32,000 bases of DNA from Clostridia bacterium (GCA_017409845.1 JAFQRY010000017.1:46171-78170); one strand, 5' to 3'; shown: positions 10,529 through 17,765, numbered from the stretch's first letter. Numbers and translations are program-made. The notes: generated from the letters alone by a model not told the origin.

Positions 10529-10530
10529 AT

Positions 10531-10562
10531 CCCTTGAAACTTAAGGTTTCAAGGGATTTTTC
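10531..10562 (+). terminator. Island-borne terminator behind the reconstituted tRNA-Thr
   Basis: CCCTTGAAAC-ttaag-GTTTCAAGGG followed by ATTTTTC. Confidence 0.7.
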
Positions 10563-10583
10563 TTATGTTTTATGAAATTCATC

Positions 10584-10628
10584 AGACCGCATCCCTAAAT
10601 CGCAATTTTTTAGTAAGGGATGCGGTCT
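10584..10628. promoter_or_regulatory. Perfect 13-bp inverted repeat overlapping the integrase RBS
   Basis: AGACCGCATCCCT (10584..10596) and AGGGATGCGGTCT (10616..10628), separated by a 19-nt loop. The 3' arm contains the AAGGGA SD-like element and ends 4 nt before the int ATG. Confidence 0.45.
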
Positions 10629-10632
10629 AACT

Positions 10633-11565
10633 ATGAGCAGAAAAATCACTATGAACAGGACTGAAAACAAGACTTTTGAACAGGTCTTTTCAATGTTCAT
10701 CACTTCAAGAACGGCAAACGGCGTTTCCGATGCAACAATCAGGAATTATCATCAGCATTTGCACAGTATTTCAAAGTATCTTGACATTCAGATGCCCTTT
10801 GATAAGCTCTCCAAAAGCACCATTGATGATATGATTGTCGCTATGCGAAACTCCAACCTTGCCTACAATTCTATTGCAACCTATGTCAGAGTTGTAAAAA
10901 CTTTTCTTACTTGGTGTAATGAGGAAGGTTTGTCTGATGTTAAAATCAAAGGTCTGAAGGAAAAGGAAACAATCAAAGAAACCTACACCGATGAGGAGCT
11001 TGAAATCCTGTTGGCAAAACCGAAAAAGGACTGTAATTTTTGCGAATACCGTAATTGGGTTATTGTCAATTTTCTCCTCAATAGCGGATGCCGAGCGGCA
11101 ACAATCCGAAACATTCAGAACAGGGATGTTGACCTTCAGCGAAAACAGGTTATCTTCCGACATAATAAGAACGGCAAAATTCAGGTTATCCCCCTTTGTT
11201 CTCTGATGTGTAATATTCTGATTGACTATATGAAAATAAGGCAGGGAGAATCAGAGGATTATCTTTTCTGCGACCAATACGGCAAAATGCTGACCGAGAA
11301 CGGTCTCAGACTTGCCATTGAACGATACAACAAGAAAAGAGGCGTAAGCAAAACAAGCACGCATCTGTTCCGCCACACCTTTGCCCGAAAGTATTTAGTT
11401 GACTGCGGCGGCGATGCCTTTATGCTTCAAAGGCTCTTGGGTCATAGCACTCTGAACATGACAAAGCATTACTGCACAATCTTCGATGCGGATATTTCCA
11501 AGAACTATGACAGAGTTTCTCCTCTTGCTCAGATGCACCAAGAGAAAAAGAAAATAATCAAATGA
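10633..11565 (+). CDS. Tyrosine recombinase / phage-type integrase
   Basis: C-terminal catalytic signature ...SGCRAATIRN..., THLFRHTFARKYL, LLGHSTLNMTKHY (R..HxxR..Y), with an N-terminal SAM-like core-binding region. Confidence 0.9.
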   Translation: MSRKITMNRTENKTFEQVFSMFITSRTANGVSDATIRNYHQHLHSISKYLDIQMPFDKLSKSTIDDMIVAMRNSNLAYNSIATYVRVVKTFLTWCNEEGLSDVKIKGLKEKETIKETYTDEELEILLAKPKKDCNFCEYRNWVIVNFLLNSGCRAATIRNIQNRDVDLQRKQVIFRHNKNGKIQVIPLCSLMCNILIDYMKIRQGESEDYLFCDQYGKMLTENGLRLAIERYNKKRGVSKTSTHLFRHTFARKYLVDCGGDAFMLQRLLGHSTLNMTKHYCTIFDADISKNYDRVSPLAQMHQEKKKIIK

Positions 11566-11574
11566 TATAAAGAA

Positions 11575-11611
11575 AGAAGCAGGAGCTTATCAACTTTCCT
11601 GCTTCTTTTTA
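11575..11611. terminator. Terminator between convergent int and WYL genes
   Basis: AGAAGCAGGA (11575..11584) and TCCTGCTTCT (11597..11606), followed by a T-run. Confidence 0.6.
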
Positions 11612-11652
11612 ATTAGTTTGAAACAACCTTTTTGCTACATTATAAGAACTTT

Positions 11653-12786
11653 TTAACAACTTTTTTTATCGTTATACATATCTCTTATTTTATCCAAATG
11701 AGCCTTATATCCTTCAACCACATGGTCAGGTGCAAGAACTTTTACTTTTTTGCCGAACCCTGCAAGCCAACCGTAAAAAGGTTCGCTTATATCAACCGTT
11801 GTCATAACCGTAAAATAATCTTTGTCGAGCTTAGAATATGATACACCCTTTTTGCCGAATCGTTCAACAACAGCATCCAAAAGGAAGTTTGGAAAACAAA
11901 GAGTGACTACTTCTGTTTTGCCTTTAAACATATTAAATGTTCTTTTTATGAGCGATTCAATATTGGTCTTTTCATATTCTTCTTCGCCCTCTCTTGGTTC
12001 AGATGTAAAACAAACGTCTTTCATCCTGTCAACCCTGTAAATTCTTATCTCTTTGTATTTATCATCAAATCCTAAAAGATAATAATTGCCGTCATTGATA
12101 ACGAGCTTATAAGGACTGACAATATATTTTTCTCCTTTTCTCTGTGCAACCTGATTGTGAAGGTCGTTTATTGAGTTTTTCATATAATGAAAACTTATCT
12201 TTTCGGGTTCGTGCGGTTCGCCGTCATAACTGACACTCATTGCTTCGTAAATAGTTTGAATGTTGTATATCAGAGCGGTATTTGTTGTTTTAGGTCTGTC
12301 GATAACAAACGCATCCGCCTTTATTTTCTTTGCCTGATGAACACTGAGAAATTCACAGGCGGCATCAATCAATCTCTGAGCTTCAGATTCAGAAACAAAT
12401 TTTGCCGAGTTAATGCACTCAGTCATAAGGCGAATATCTTGAAGGCTGAAGTGTCGCTCAGGGATATAAAAGCCTTTGGGATGTTTGTAAAGAATCAATT
12501 TTTCTTCATCGTATTTATCGTTCGCAATTACTTTTACGGCTTCATCAATATCAGAATCGTTTTCAAGCATCCAATTAACTTCATTTATTTCTTCAATATC
12601 TTTGTATATGGAGCGGCGTTCCGCATAAATCTGACAGTTCTCCTGAAGAAAAGCCTCAATCATTTTGCCTGAAGCATAATTATCTTCATCGGTTTCTCTG
12701 AGAAGATACTGAAGAACGATATAAGGCTTCATACGTTGCTTCGGCTTTTTGCCGTGATGCTTATCGGGATGCTTTTTCTCTGCCAT
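11653..12786 (-). CDS. wHTH-WYL-WCX transcriptional regulator (BrxR/CapW-like architecture)
   Basis: N-terminal wHTH (IVLQYLLRETDEDNYASGKMIEAFL...AERRSIYKDIEEI). The WYL-type core is YIVSPYKLVINDGNYYLLGFDDKYKEIRIYRVDRM. The C-terminal end FYGWLAGFGKKVKVLAPDHVVEGYKAHL is typical of WCX domains. AAGGTGA SD. Confidence 0.8.
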   Translation of the reverse strand: MAEKKHPDKHHGKKPKQRMKPYIVLQYLLRETDEDNYASGKMIEAFLQENCQIYAERRSIYKDIEEINEVNWMLENDSDIDEAVKVIANDKYDEEKLILYKHPKGFYIPERHFSLQDIRLMTECINSAKFVSESEAQRLIDAACEFLSVHQAKKIKADAFVIDRPKTTNTALIYNIQTIYEAMSVSYDGEPHEPEKISFHYMKNSINDLHNQVAQRKGEKYIVSPYKLVINDGNYYLLGFDDKYKEIRIYRVDRMKDVCFTSEPREGEEEYEKTNIESLIKRTFNMFKGKTEVVTLCFPNFLLDAVVERFGKKGVSYSKLDKDYFTVMTTVDISEPFYGWLAGFGKKVKVLAPDHVVEGYKAHLDKIRDMYNDKKSC

Positions 12787-12815
12787 AATATCACCTTCTT
12801 GTCTCTGTTGGCGAT

Positions 12816-12844
12816 ATTATAATATATCTCCCAAAAGAAAACAA
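12816..12844 (-). promoter_or_regulatory. Candidate promoter of the WYL regulator gene
   Basis: Minus strand: TTGTTT, 17 nt, TATAAT, about 30 nt upstream of ATG 12786. Confidence 0.4.
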
Positions 12845-12907
12845 GCTTTTGCTTTTGTGTGGTTGATAATAAATTTTACTTGTGTTATGATTTGATAAAT
12901 AAGAGCT

Positions 12908-12936
12908 TTGACAAAAATATTTTTCTATGATAAGAT
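12908..12936 (+). promoter_or_regulatory. Candidate promoter of the nuclease gene
   Basis: TTGACA (12908..12913), 17 nt, TAAGAT (12931..12936) with TG at -15/-14. It is divergent from the WYL promoter. Confidence 0.45.
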
Positions 12937-12955
12937 AATATTGAGGTGGAATATT

Positions 12956-14494
12956 ATGGAATTTATCAAATTTGTTGAACAAATCCCCAACATTACAATT
13001 GCAAAAAGGATTGCTTCTACATATGTTGCTGATTACAGGCGATTAGACCTTGATGAAATAAAATCGTTTTTGATTAAAACCGAAAAGCAATATACTTCAT
13101 ACGATAATATTTCTGCTCGTTTGGATGAGCTTAAACTTGATTCTAATAGAACAGTAAGAATAATTGCACCAATTTTGTTGCGTGATTATTTGCTTGACCA
13201 AGATGATTTTATTTCTTCTTGCAAAGATACTGATTCAGCTATTCTTAATTATGAAAAAGAAATCATCGATGAATCCAACAACTTTGATATTAACAAAATA
13301 TCAAAAGATTTAGCACTGTTTAAATATATGTTAGATACTGCTTGGAATCTTAACGATGATATATCAATAGATGAAAAGAATTTGCTTGAAGCTCTGCGTA
13401 ATTATTTATCAATTACAATCAGAGAACAACAAATTTTAGAAGCAAAGTCGGGAAGATTTCCGAACCTCGAAAATGTTTTGCATACCTTTGACGATATTGA
13501 CACTGCAAGAAAAGTTTTACAATCAAAAGGTTTACTTGCGTGTATAAAGAATTCAGAGGGTGTAATGTGTGATATGATACCTGATGATATAGCAATAGCT
13601 ATTCGTAAATACTATGGTGTCGAAATGCGTTCTTATGGTTATGAGAAATTAATCGATTATGTAATAAAGAAAACCAACAAACAGTATTTGATAGACATAG
13701 TTAAAAAGGCAAGCACCTATTATAAAACTGCAAATATAGAAATATCAAACAATCCAACTGTTCAAGAATTAAAAATTATTATTCAAAAGAAAATTAAGCC
13801 GAGCAATTTGATAGCAGGTTTTTCACCTCGTGATGGTTTGGATGTTTCTATGCTTTCAGCTTGGTGCGGAGATTTAGGTCTTGTTGTATCAGGAGCTAAA
13901 AATATTCTTGTTGACCGAATTATGAAACATTATGATTCTCTGAGACGCATCGAAATAAAAACAGAAGATAAAAGAGAAAAACTTGTTTCTGTTTATATCG
14001 AATTAGCAAAGAGAAATTTAAAGTTTTTGCATTCCAATGATATTATAGAAAAAGATTTACAGTGTGAACACTACTTTGAAGATGCAACAAACTATATATT
14101 TGAAAAAATGTTAATGAATAAACCATTAACATTAACAGGAACTGAACATCCCGACGGTAAATTATCATTTAAAGATAAATACATAATGTGGGATAACAAA
14201 TCAAAAGAATCTCCTGTTAATTTGAAAGACCACATTCAACAGTTTGACAGATATATAAAAACATCAGATAAAGATGTTGTTGTATTTATGGTAATAGCTC
14301 CTGAGTTCACTCCGCAAAGTGTTCAAGAGTGTGTCGATTATTCCTTAAACAACGATACTCAAATTCTGCTTATAACAGCAGAAGAATTAAAGACTGTTGC
14401 TGAATCTTGGGCAAAAAAACACAATGGTGAAATATTCAATTTGGGTTATTTCAAACAGAACGGAAGATTCGACATAAAACTGTTAAATTTATAA
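12956..14494 (+). CDS. 513-aa protein: unknown N-terminal region + SAP motif + C-terminal FokI-like PD-(D/E)xK nuclease domain
   Basis: ATG 12956 with GAGGTGG SD (track start 12908 rejected). The SAP-like motif is LSAWCGDLGLVVSGAKNILVDRIMKHY. The C-terminus reads VYIELAKRN...FEDAT...TEHPDGKLSFKDKYIMWDNKSKE...QQFDRYI...VVVFMVIAPEF...ILLITAEELK. It parallels the FokI cleavage domain as I recall it (YIELIEIARN...KPDGAIY...VIVDTKAY...DEMQRYV...FLFVSGHF...AVLSVEELL). Confidence 0.8.
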   Translation: MEFIKFVEQIPNITIAKRIASTYVADYRRLDLDEIKSFLIKTEKQYTSYDNISARLDELKLDSNRTVRIIAPILLRDYLLDQDDFISSCKDTDSAILNYEKEIIDESNNFDINKISKDLALFKYMLDTAWNLNDDISIDEKNLLEALRNYLSITIREQQILEAKSGRFPNLENVLHTFDDIDTARKVLQSKGLLACIKNSEGVMCDMIPDDIAIAIRKYYGVEMRSYGYEKLIDYVIKKTNKQYLIDIVKKASTYYKTANIEISNNPTVQELKIIIQKKIKPSNLIAGFSPRDGLDVSMLSAWCGDLGLVVSGAKNILVDRIMKHYDSLRRIEIKTEDKREKLVSVYIELAKRNLKFLHSNDIIEKDLQCEHYFEDATNYIFEKMLMNKPLTLTGTEHPDGKLSFKDKYIMWDNKSKESPVNLKDHIQQFDRYIKTSDKDVVVFMVIAPEFTPQSVQECVDYSLNNDTQILLITAEELKTVAESWAKKHNGEIFNLGYFKQNGRFDIKLLNL

Positions 14495-14513
14495 TTTTGA
14501 AAAAATAAGTTTT

Positions 14514-14554
14514 AATCAAAAAATTCCGCATACGTAAGTGTGCGGAATTTTTTC
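14514..14554. terminator. Bidirectional terminator between the nuclease and the serine recombinase
   Basis: CAAAAAA-AATTCCGCA-tacgtaagtg-TGCGGAATT-TTTTT. Confidence 0.7.
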
Positions 14555-14555
14555 A

Positions 14556-15143
14556 TCAGCTCTCCAAAAGAGAAAGATATTTATAAACCGTGTTTCTGCT
14601 CAGACCGCAAACTCTTGCAAACTCTGAAAGATTCAGACTGCCTGATTTGAAAGACGGATAATGCCTGTAAAACACTTGCGGAATCGCATCCGTTGTTGTG
14701 TGCGGTCGCCCGATTTTCGCTCCTTTTGCTTTGGCATTTGCCATTCCTGAACGCACTCTTTCACGTATGATTCTGAGTTCGAGTTCCGCAAACACTCCCG
14801 ACATCTGAATGAAAGCATTTGTCATGGGGTCAATCTGACCGTTTGAACAATCAACCGTAATACTGCCGACAATAACGAGACGGAGCTTATTATCCTTTAC
14901 GGTCTCAATTATTTCACAAAGTTGTTTTGTGCTTCGGGCAAGTCTTGAAACTTCAAGGGTGTAAATTGTGTCTCCTGCCTGAGCCTGTTCCAAGAGGGTT
15001 GAAAGCTCCTGCTTCACAGCACTGTCGCCGTGTTCGTATTCAAGGAATATTTCCGTTGCTCCTGCGGCTTTCAGTTCTTTAACCTGACGAAAAATATCTT
15101 GTTTGCTCTCATTAGTCGAGCAACGTGCATATCCGTAATTCAT
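14556..15143 (-). CDS. Small serine recombinase (resolvase/invertase family)
   Basis: MNYGYARCSTNESKQD (catalytic Ser), EVSRLARS, ELELRIIRERVRSGMANAKAKGAKIGRP, and a C-terminal HTH (LSEFARVCGLSRNTVYKYL). Confidence 0.9.
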   Translation of the reverse strand: MNYGYARCSTNESKQDIFRQVKELKAAGATEIFLEYEHGDSAVKQELSTLLEQAQAGDTIYTLEVSRLARSTKQLCEIIETVKDNKLRLVIVGSITVDCSNGQIDPMTNAFIQMSGVFAELELRIIRERVRSGMANAKAKGAKIGRPHTTTDAIPQVFYRHYPSFKSGSLNLSEFARVCGLSRNTVYKYLSLLES

Positions 15144-15157
15144 GATTTATCTCCTTA

Positions 15158-15424
15158 TCAATCAACAAAGGTGTTGTATGTGAATTTTGCTCCGAGCTTA
15201 AAGCCTGCTATAAAACTGTCTGCGTTGCTCACGCAGAGGAACTCTCCTGACTGTTTTAGATATGTGTCAAAGAGTTCACTCTCGACATCCGTCAGTTTTT
15301 CGGAAAGTTGTTCTTCTGTCTTTGACAATACGGCGAGCTTATTCCTGACCGTTGCTCTAAGCTCCGTTGTGATTTCCTGCGGCTCGATGTTTCCGTAATA
15401 AAATTCTTCGATGATGTGTGTCAT
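15158..15424 (-). CDS. Hypothetical 88-aa protein (resembles the DUF6809-type proteins seen beside recombinases in Clostridia; from memory)
   Basis: Good SD (GAAAGGA). EEFYYGNIEPQE...FIAGFKLGAKF pattern. In an operon with the recombinase. Confidence 0.65.
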   Translation of the reverse strand: MTHIIEEFYYGNIEPQEITTELRATVRNKLAVLSKTEEQLSEKLTDVESELFDTYLKQSGEFLCVSNADSFIAGFKLGAKFTYNTFVD

Positions 15425-15438
15425 AATCTATCCTTTCA

Positions 15439-15462
15439 CCGCCCCACTGTTGCGTGGGGCGG
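15439..15462 (-). promoter_or_regulatory. GC-rich intercistronic stem-loop
   Basis: CCGCCCCAC-tgttgc-GTGGGGCGG between the 91-aa and 88-aa cistrons. There is no T-run, so it is more likely an mRNA processing/stability element than a terminator. Confidence 0.35.
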
Positions 15463-15473
15463 ACTGTCTATTC

Positions 15474-15749
15474 TCAGCAGATTGAGAAGCGGCGGCTGCT
15501 GACCTGCTTTGTGAACTCCTTATACATATCTGCATGGGATTTCTTGAATGATGTTGTATCGAATCTCTGTGAAAGAACTGATGTCCAACGGATGATGTAA
15601 GCTCCTGCTTCAAGTTCCTCGGTGTTCTGTTCAAGCATCTCTGCTTTGAGTGCCTCTCTGATTGCCTCTGCTTCTGCCTTTGCATCCTCGATGATTGCTT
15701 CCCACTCTGCGAGAGCCTCGATTTTTCTTACGATTTCGTTGTTTGACAT
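15474..15749 (-). CDS. Hypothetical 91-aa protein, predicted coiled-coil N-terminus
   Basis: AGGAGA SD. EALAEWEAIIEDAKAEAEAIREALKAEM helix, then the conserved-looking IIRWTSVLSQRFDTTSFKK...SSRRFSI tail common in Clostridial mobile elements (recollection). Confidence 0.65.
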   Translation of the reverse strand: MSNNEIVRKIEALAEWEAIIEDAKAEAEAIREALKAEMLEQNTEELEAGAYIIRWTSVLSQRFDTTSFKKSHADMYKEFTKQVSSRRFSIC

Positions 15750-15806
15750 GGTTGTTATCTCCTTTGTTCTGTTGTTTTGATGTGTTGTTGTTTATCAACT
15801 GTACTC

Positions 15807-15835
15807 ATTATACTACGAAATTCGTAGTTTGTCAA
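15807..15835 (-). promoter_or_regulatory. Consensus sigma-A promoter for the 91-aa/88-aa/recombinase operon
   Basis: Minus strand: TTGACA (15830..15835), 17 nt, TATAAT (15807..15812). The spacer contains the palindrome TACGAA-A-TTCGTA. Confidence 0.65.
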
Positions 15836-15910
15836 TACGTTTTTCGTAATTTCTTTACGAATTTCGAAACTTTTTTTCGTTTTGCGTATTGATTTATTAC
15901 GAATTTCGTG
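15814..15910. promoter_or_regulatory. Operator array: TACGAA-N-TTCGTA palindromes
   Basis: 15814..15826 TACGAAATTCGTA, 15836..15848 TACGTTTTTCGTA (degenerate), 15856..15868 TACGAATTTCGAA, 15898..15910 TACGAATTTCGTG. Two of them sit inside the promoter spacers. Confidence 0.55.
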
Positions 15911-15917
15911 ATACAAT
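15889..15917 (+). promoter_or_regulatory. Sigma-A promoter of the XRE regulator gene
   Basis: TTGATT (15889..15894), 17 nt, TACAAT (15912..15917). An operator half-palindrome lies in the spacer. Confidence 0.6.
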
Positions 15918-15941
15918 CATCCAAAAGGAAGGTGCAATAAA

Positions 15942-16157
15942 ATGATAAGATTCAAAGTAAAGGTTCGTCTTGCCGAATGCAACATGACCCAAAAGGAATT
16001 AGCAGAAAAAACAGGCATCAGACCGCCGACTGTATCGGCAATTTGCGTGGGAACGGTCAAGCATTTGCCGATTGATGCACTTGACAAAATGTGTGATGTC
16101 CTCGATTGTCAGCCTGCCGACCTCATGGAGTATGTAAAAGACCCCGATGCTCAGTAA
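15942..16157 (+). CDS. XRE-family helix-turn-helix transcriptional regulator (Cro/CI-like)
   Basis: 71 aa. MTQKELAEKTGIRPPTVSAICVG...LDKMCDVLDCQPADLMEY is a classic HTH_XRE. GGAAGGTG SD. Confidence 0.85.
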   Translation: MIRFKVKVRLAECNMTQKELAEKTGIRPPTVSAICVGTVKHLPIDALDKMCDVLDCQPADLMEYVKDPDAQ

Positions 16158-16430
16158 AGTGTGTTTCGAGTTTCTTGAACAAATAACGGCGATTTTTGTG
16201 CGGAATACACCCGATTTTTGCCGAGCTTAAAATGTGAAGGAAAGCAGTTGTTTTTCTGAACAGGGGTCAGGGGGTATATTTCGGGAGAATCAAAAACACT
16301 TTCGCCCTTTGCGGAATTGCGTGGCTTGTTCTCCGTCTGAATGTGATTTTTGTTTCGGATTACGGTTTATCCCGACCGCAAATGATAGAATGATTATTTC
16401 TCCGTCAAACGAACCAAAAGGAATATAAAC

Positions 16431-16477
16431 GAAAAAATACGGCAAACCGTGAGATTGTCTCTCTTGGTTTGCCGTAT
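16431..16477 (-). terminator. Terminator of the amber-interrupted minus-strand operon
   Basis: ATACGGCAAACC (16437..16448) and GGTTTGCCGTAT (16466..16477). On the minus strand it is followed by TTTTTTC. Confidence 0.55.
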
Positions 16478-16479
16478 TG

Positions 16480-16614
16480 TCATTTCCAATCCTTGAATAT
16501 TTCATCAAGTGCCATATCGAGTTCGGTTTTCATGCTCTTTTGCATAAAGGCAAGAATTTCCGCCTCGATTATGTTTTTCTTTTTCTTCTTCTTTTTGTCT
16601 TTTGGATTCGACAC
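16480..16614 (-). CDS. Possible 44-aa lysine-rich small protein (below ORF-track cutoff)
   Basis: GTG start 9 nt after a GAGGTG SD. (M)SNPKDKKKKKKKNIIEAEILAFMQKSMKTELDMALDEIFKDWK, TGA stop just before the terminator. Confidence 0.35.
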   Translation of the reverse strand: MSNPKDKKKKKKKNIIEAEILAFMQKSMKTELDMALDEIFKDWK

Positions 16615-16616
16615 CG

Positions 16617-16802
16617 TTATTTCACCTCACTTGTAAAGATGAATTGAACAGTCTCAGATTCTTCCGAATCCTGTAATGAGTTGAAGAAATTATCTCTCTG
16701 TTCTCTATAGTTTTCTATTGCAGATTTGCCGTTCATTTGATAATAAAACAAATCAGGAACTTTGCCCTATGCTCTGTTAAACTCCAATAAATCTTTATTC
16801 AT
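16617..16802 (-). pseudogene. 61-codon ORF interrupted by in-frame TAG at codon 12 (pseudogene under code 11, or amber read-through)
   Basis: The ATG overlaps the upstream TGA (ATGA). MNKDLLEFNRA-TAG(16767..16769)-GKVPDLFYYQMNGKSAIENYREQRDNFFNSLQDSEESETVQFIFTSEVK-TAA. Confidence 0.45.
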
Positions 16803-17236
16803 ATATATTCTCCTTCCATAATATCATCAAGGGATATATTCAATGCACCCCTGTTGACCGTATAACTTCTCCAATTTTCCTCTTTTGGAATCTGAGTGTT
16901 CAGCGGCGGCTAATACAGGCGGATGAAATATCCTTCTCTTTCTCCGATTTCTTCTTCGATTTCTGCTCTTGTTTTGCTCTTGGCGGTGTAAAGAACATGG
17001 AATCTGACGGAATAGTTCCGTCTGTTAGCCTCGGCAAGAACCTTGTATTTGTTCTCTTTTGGATTACCCATTGAAGCCCAATGTTCCGCCATTCGGTATA
17101 GAATATCTTTGCTTTTACCGATATAAACAATTTTATTGTTGACGGTTATTGAATAAACCCCCGAACACTAAAACTTTTTACTCCATTCTTGCTCTATGTA
17201 TTTGTTGTATATGTTCTGTATGTGTAAATTACTCAT
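16799..17236 (-). pseudogene. GIY-YIG nuclease-domain gene with two in-frame TAG codons
   Basis: AAAGGAGA SD. MSNLHIQNIYNKYIEQEWSKKF-TAG(17168..17170)-CSGVYSITVNNKIVYIGKSKDILYRMAEHW...EIGEREGYFIRLY-TAG(16910..16912)-PPLNTQIPKEENW...-TGA. The GVY...VYIG and E..I....P.LN elements of GIY-YIG lie on either side of the second TAG. The track shows only the 60-aa fragment 16910..17092. Confidence 0.7.
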
Positions 17237-17251
17237 ATTCATTCTCCTTTA

Positions 17252-17728
17252 TTAAAATTTAAAATTACCGTGTTCGTCTGTTAAACTCCCACTTACTTTT
17301 GGATTCTTTATATTGTTATAATTTATATTATTCGAGCTTATAATTTTCCCTATATTATTATGCGTATTTTCAATAACCCCTGCTGAGGTGTATTCAGAAT
17401 TTGAAGGGGTATATTCATTGTCGGGGGAAGGGGTATTTTCAATATCCCTCTCCGCACTTTTATAAATCGCATCATAATCAACGATGATTTCGCCTTGCTG
17501 ACCGTTTTCGCTTGGCTTGTGGATTATCCAACCTTTTTCAATCAGCTTTTTTCTTGCACTCTTATACGTTGTTTCTGACATTCCGCATCTGTTCATGACC
17601 GTTGCCTCAGGAACAGCAAAACTGCCGTTATCTGCGTTTCCTGTCAGAAATAATATCAGTTTCAGCTAAGCTCCTTCTTTGCCTGTCAGACCGTTAAATA
17701 TTATTGATTCAAGGTGATTCGTTCTCAT
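17252..17728 (-). pseudogene. wHTH DNA-binding protein (replication-initiator/replisome-organizer-like N-terminus) with in-frame TAG at codon 21
   Basis: MRTNHLESIIFNGLTGKEGA-TAG(17666..17668)-LKLILFLTGNADNGSFAVPEATVMNRCGMSETTYKSARKKLIEKGWI... The L.G.E..LKL.LFL....F.....I....GMS..TY..A...L.EKGWI pattern is continuous across the TAG. The track shows only 17252..17596. Confidence 0.7.
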
Positions 17729-17765
17729 TGCCATTCCCCACTTTTTATCCCTGTTTTTTTCTCCA

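Noticed and set aside
15428-15685. 85-aa ORF overlapping the 91-aa gene in another frame
   Set aside because: It is an R/S/Q-rich frame shadow with no RBS. The 91-aa frame has an AGGAGA SD and a conserved-looking sequence.
16234-16428. 64-aa Cys-containing ORF (CVAC-x5-CDFC) downstream of the XRE gene
   Set aside because: It has a GTG start with no SD. The spacing of the Cys pairs is too short for a typical zinc ribbon, and the composition is not gene-like. I kept it only as part of the ORF-free-region finding.
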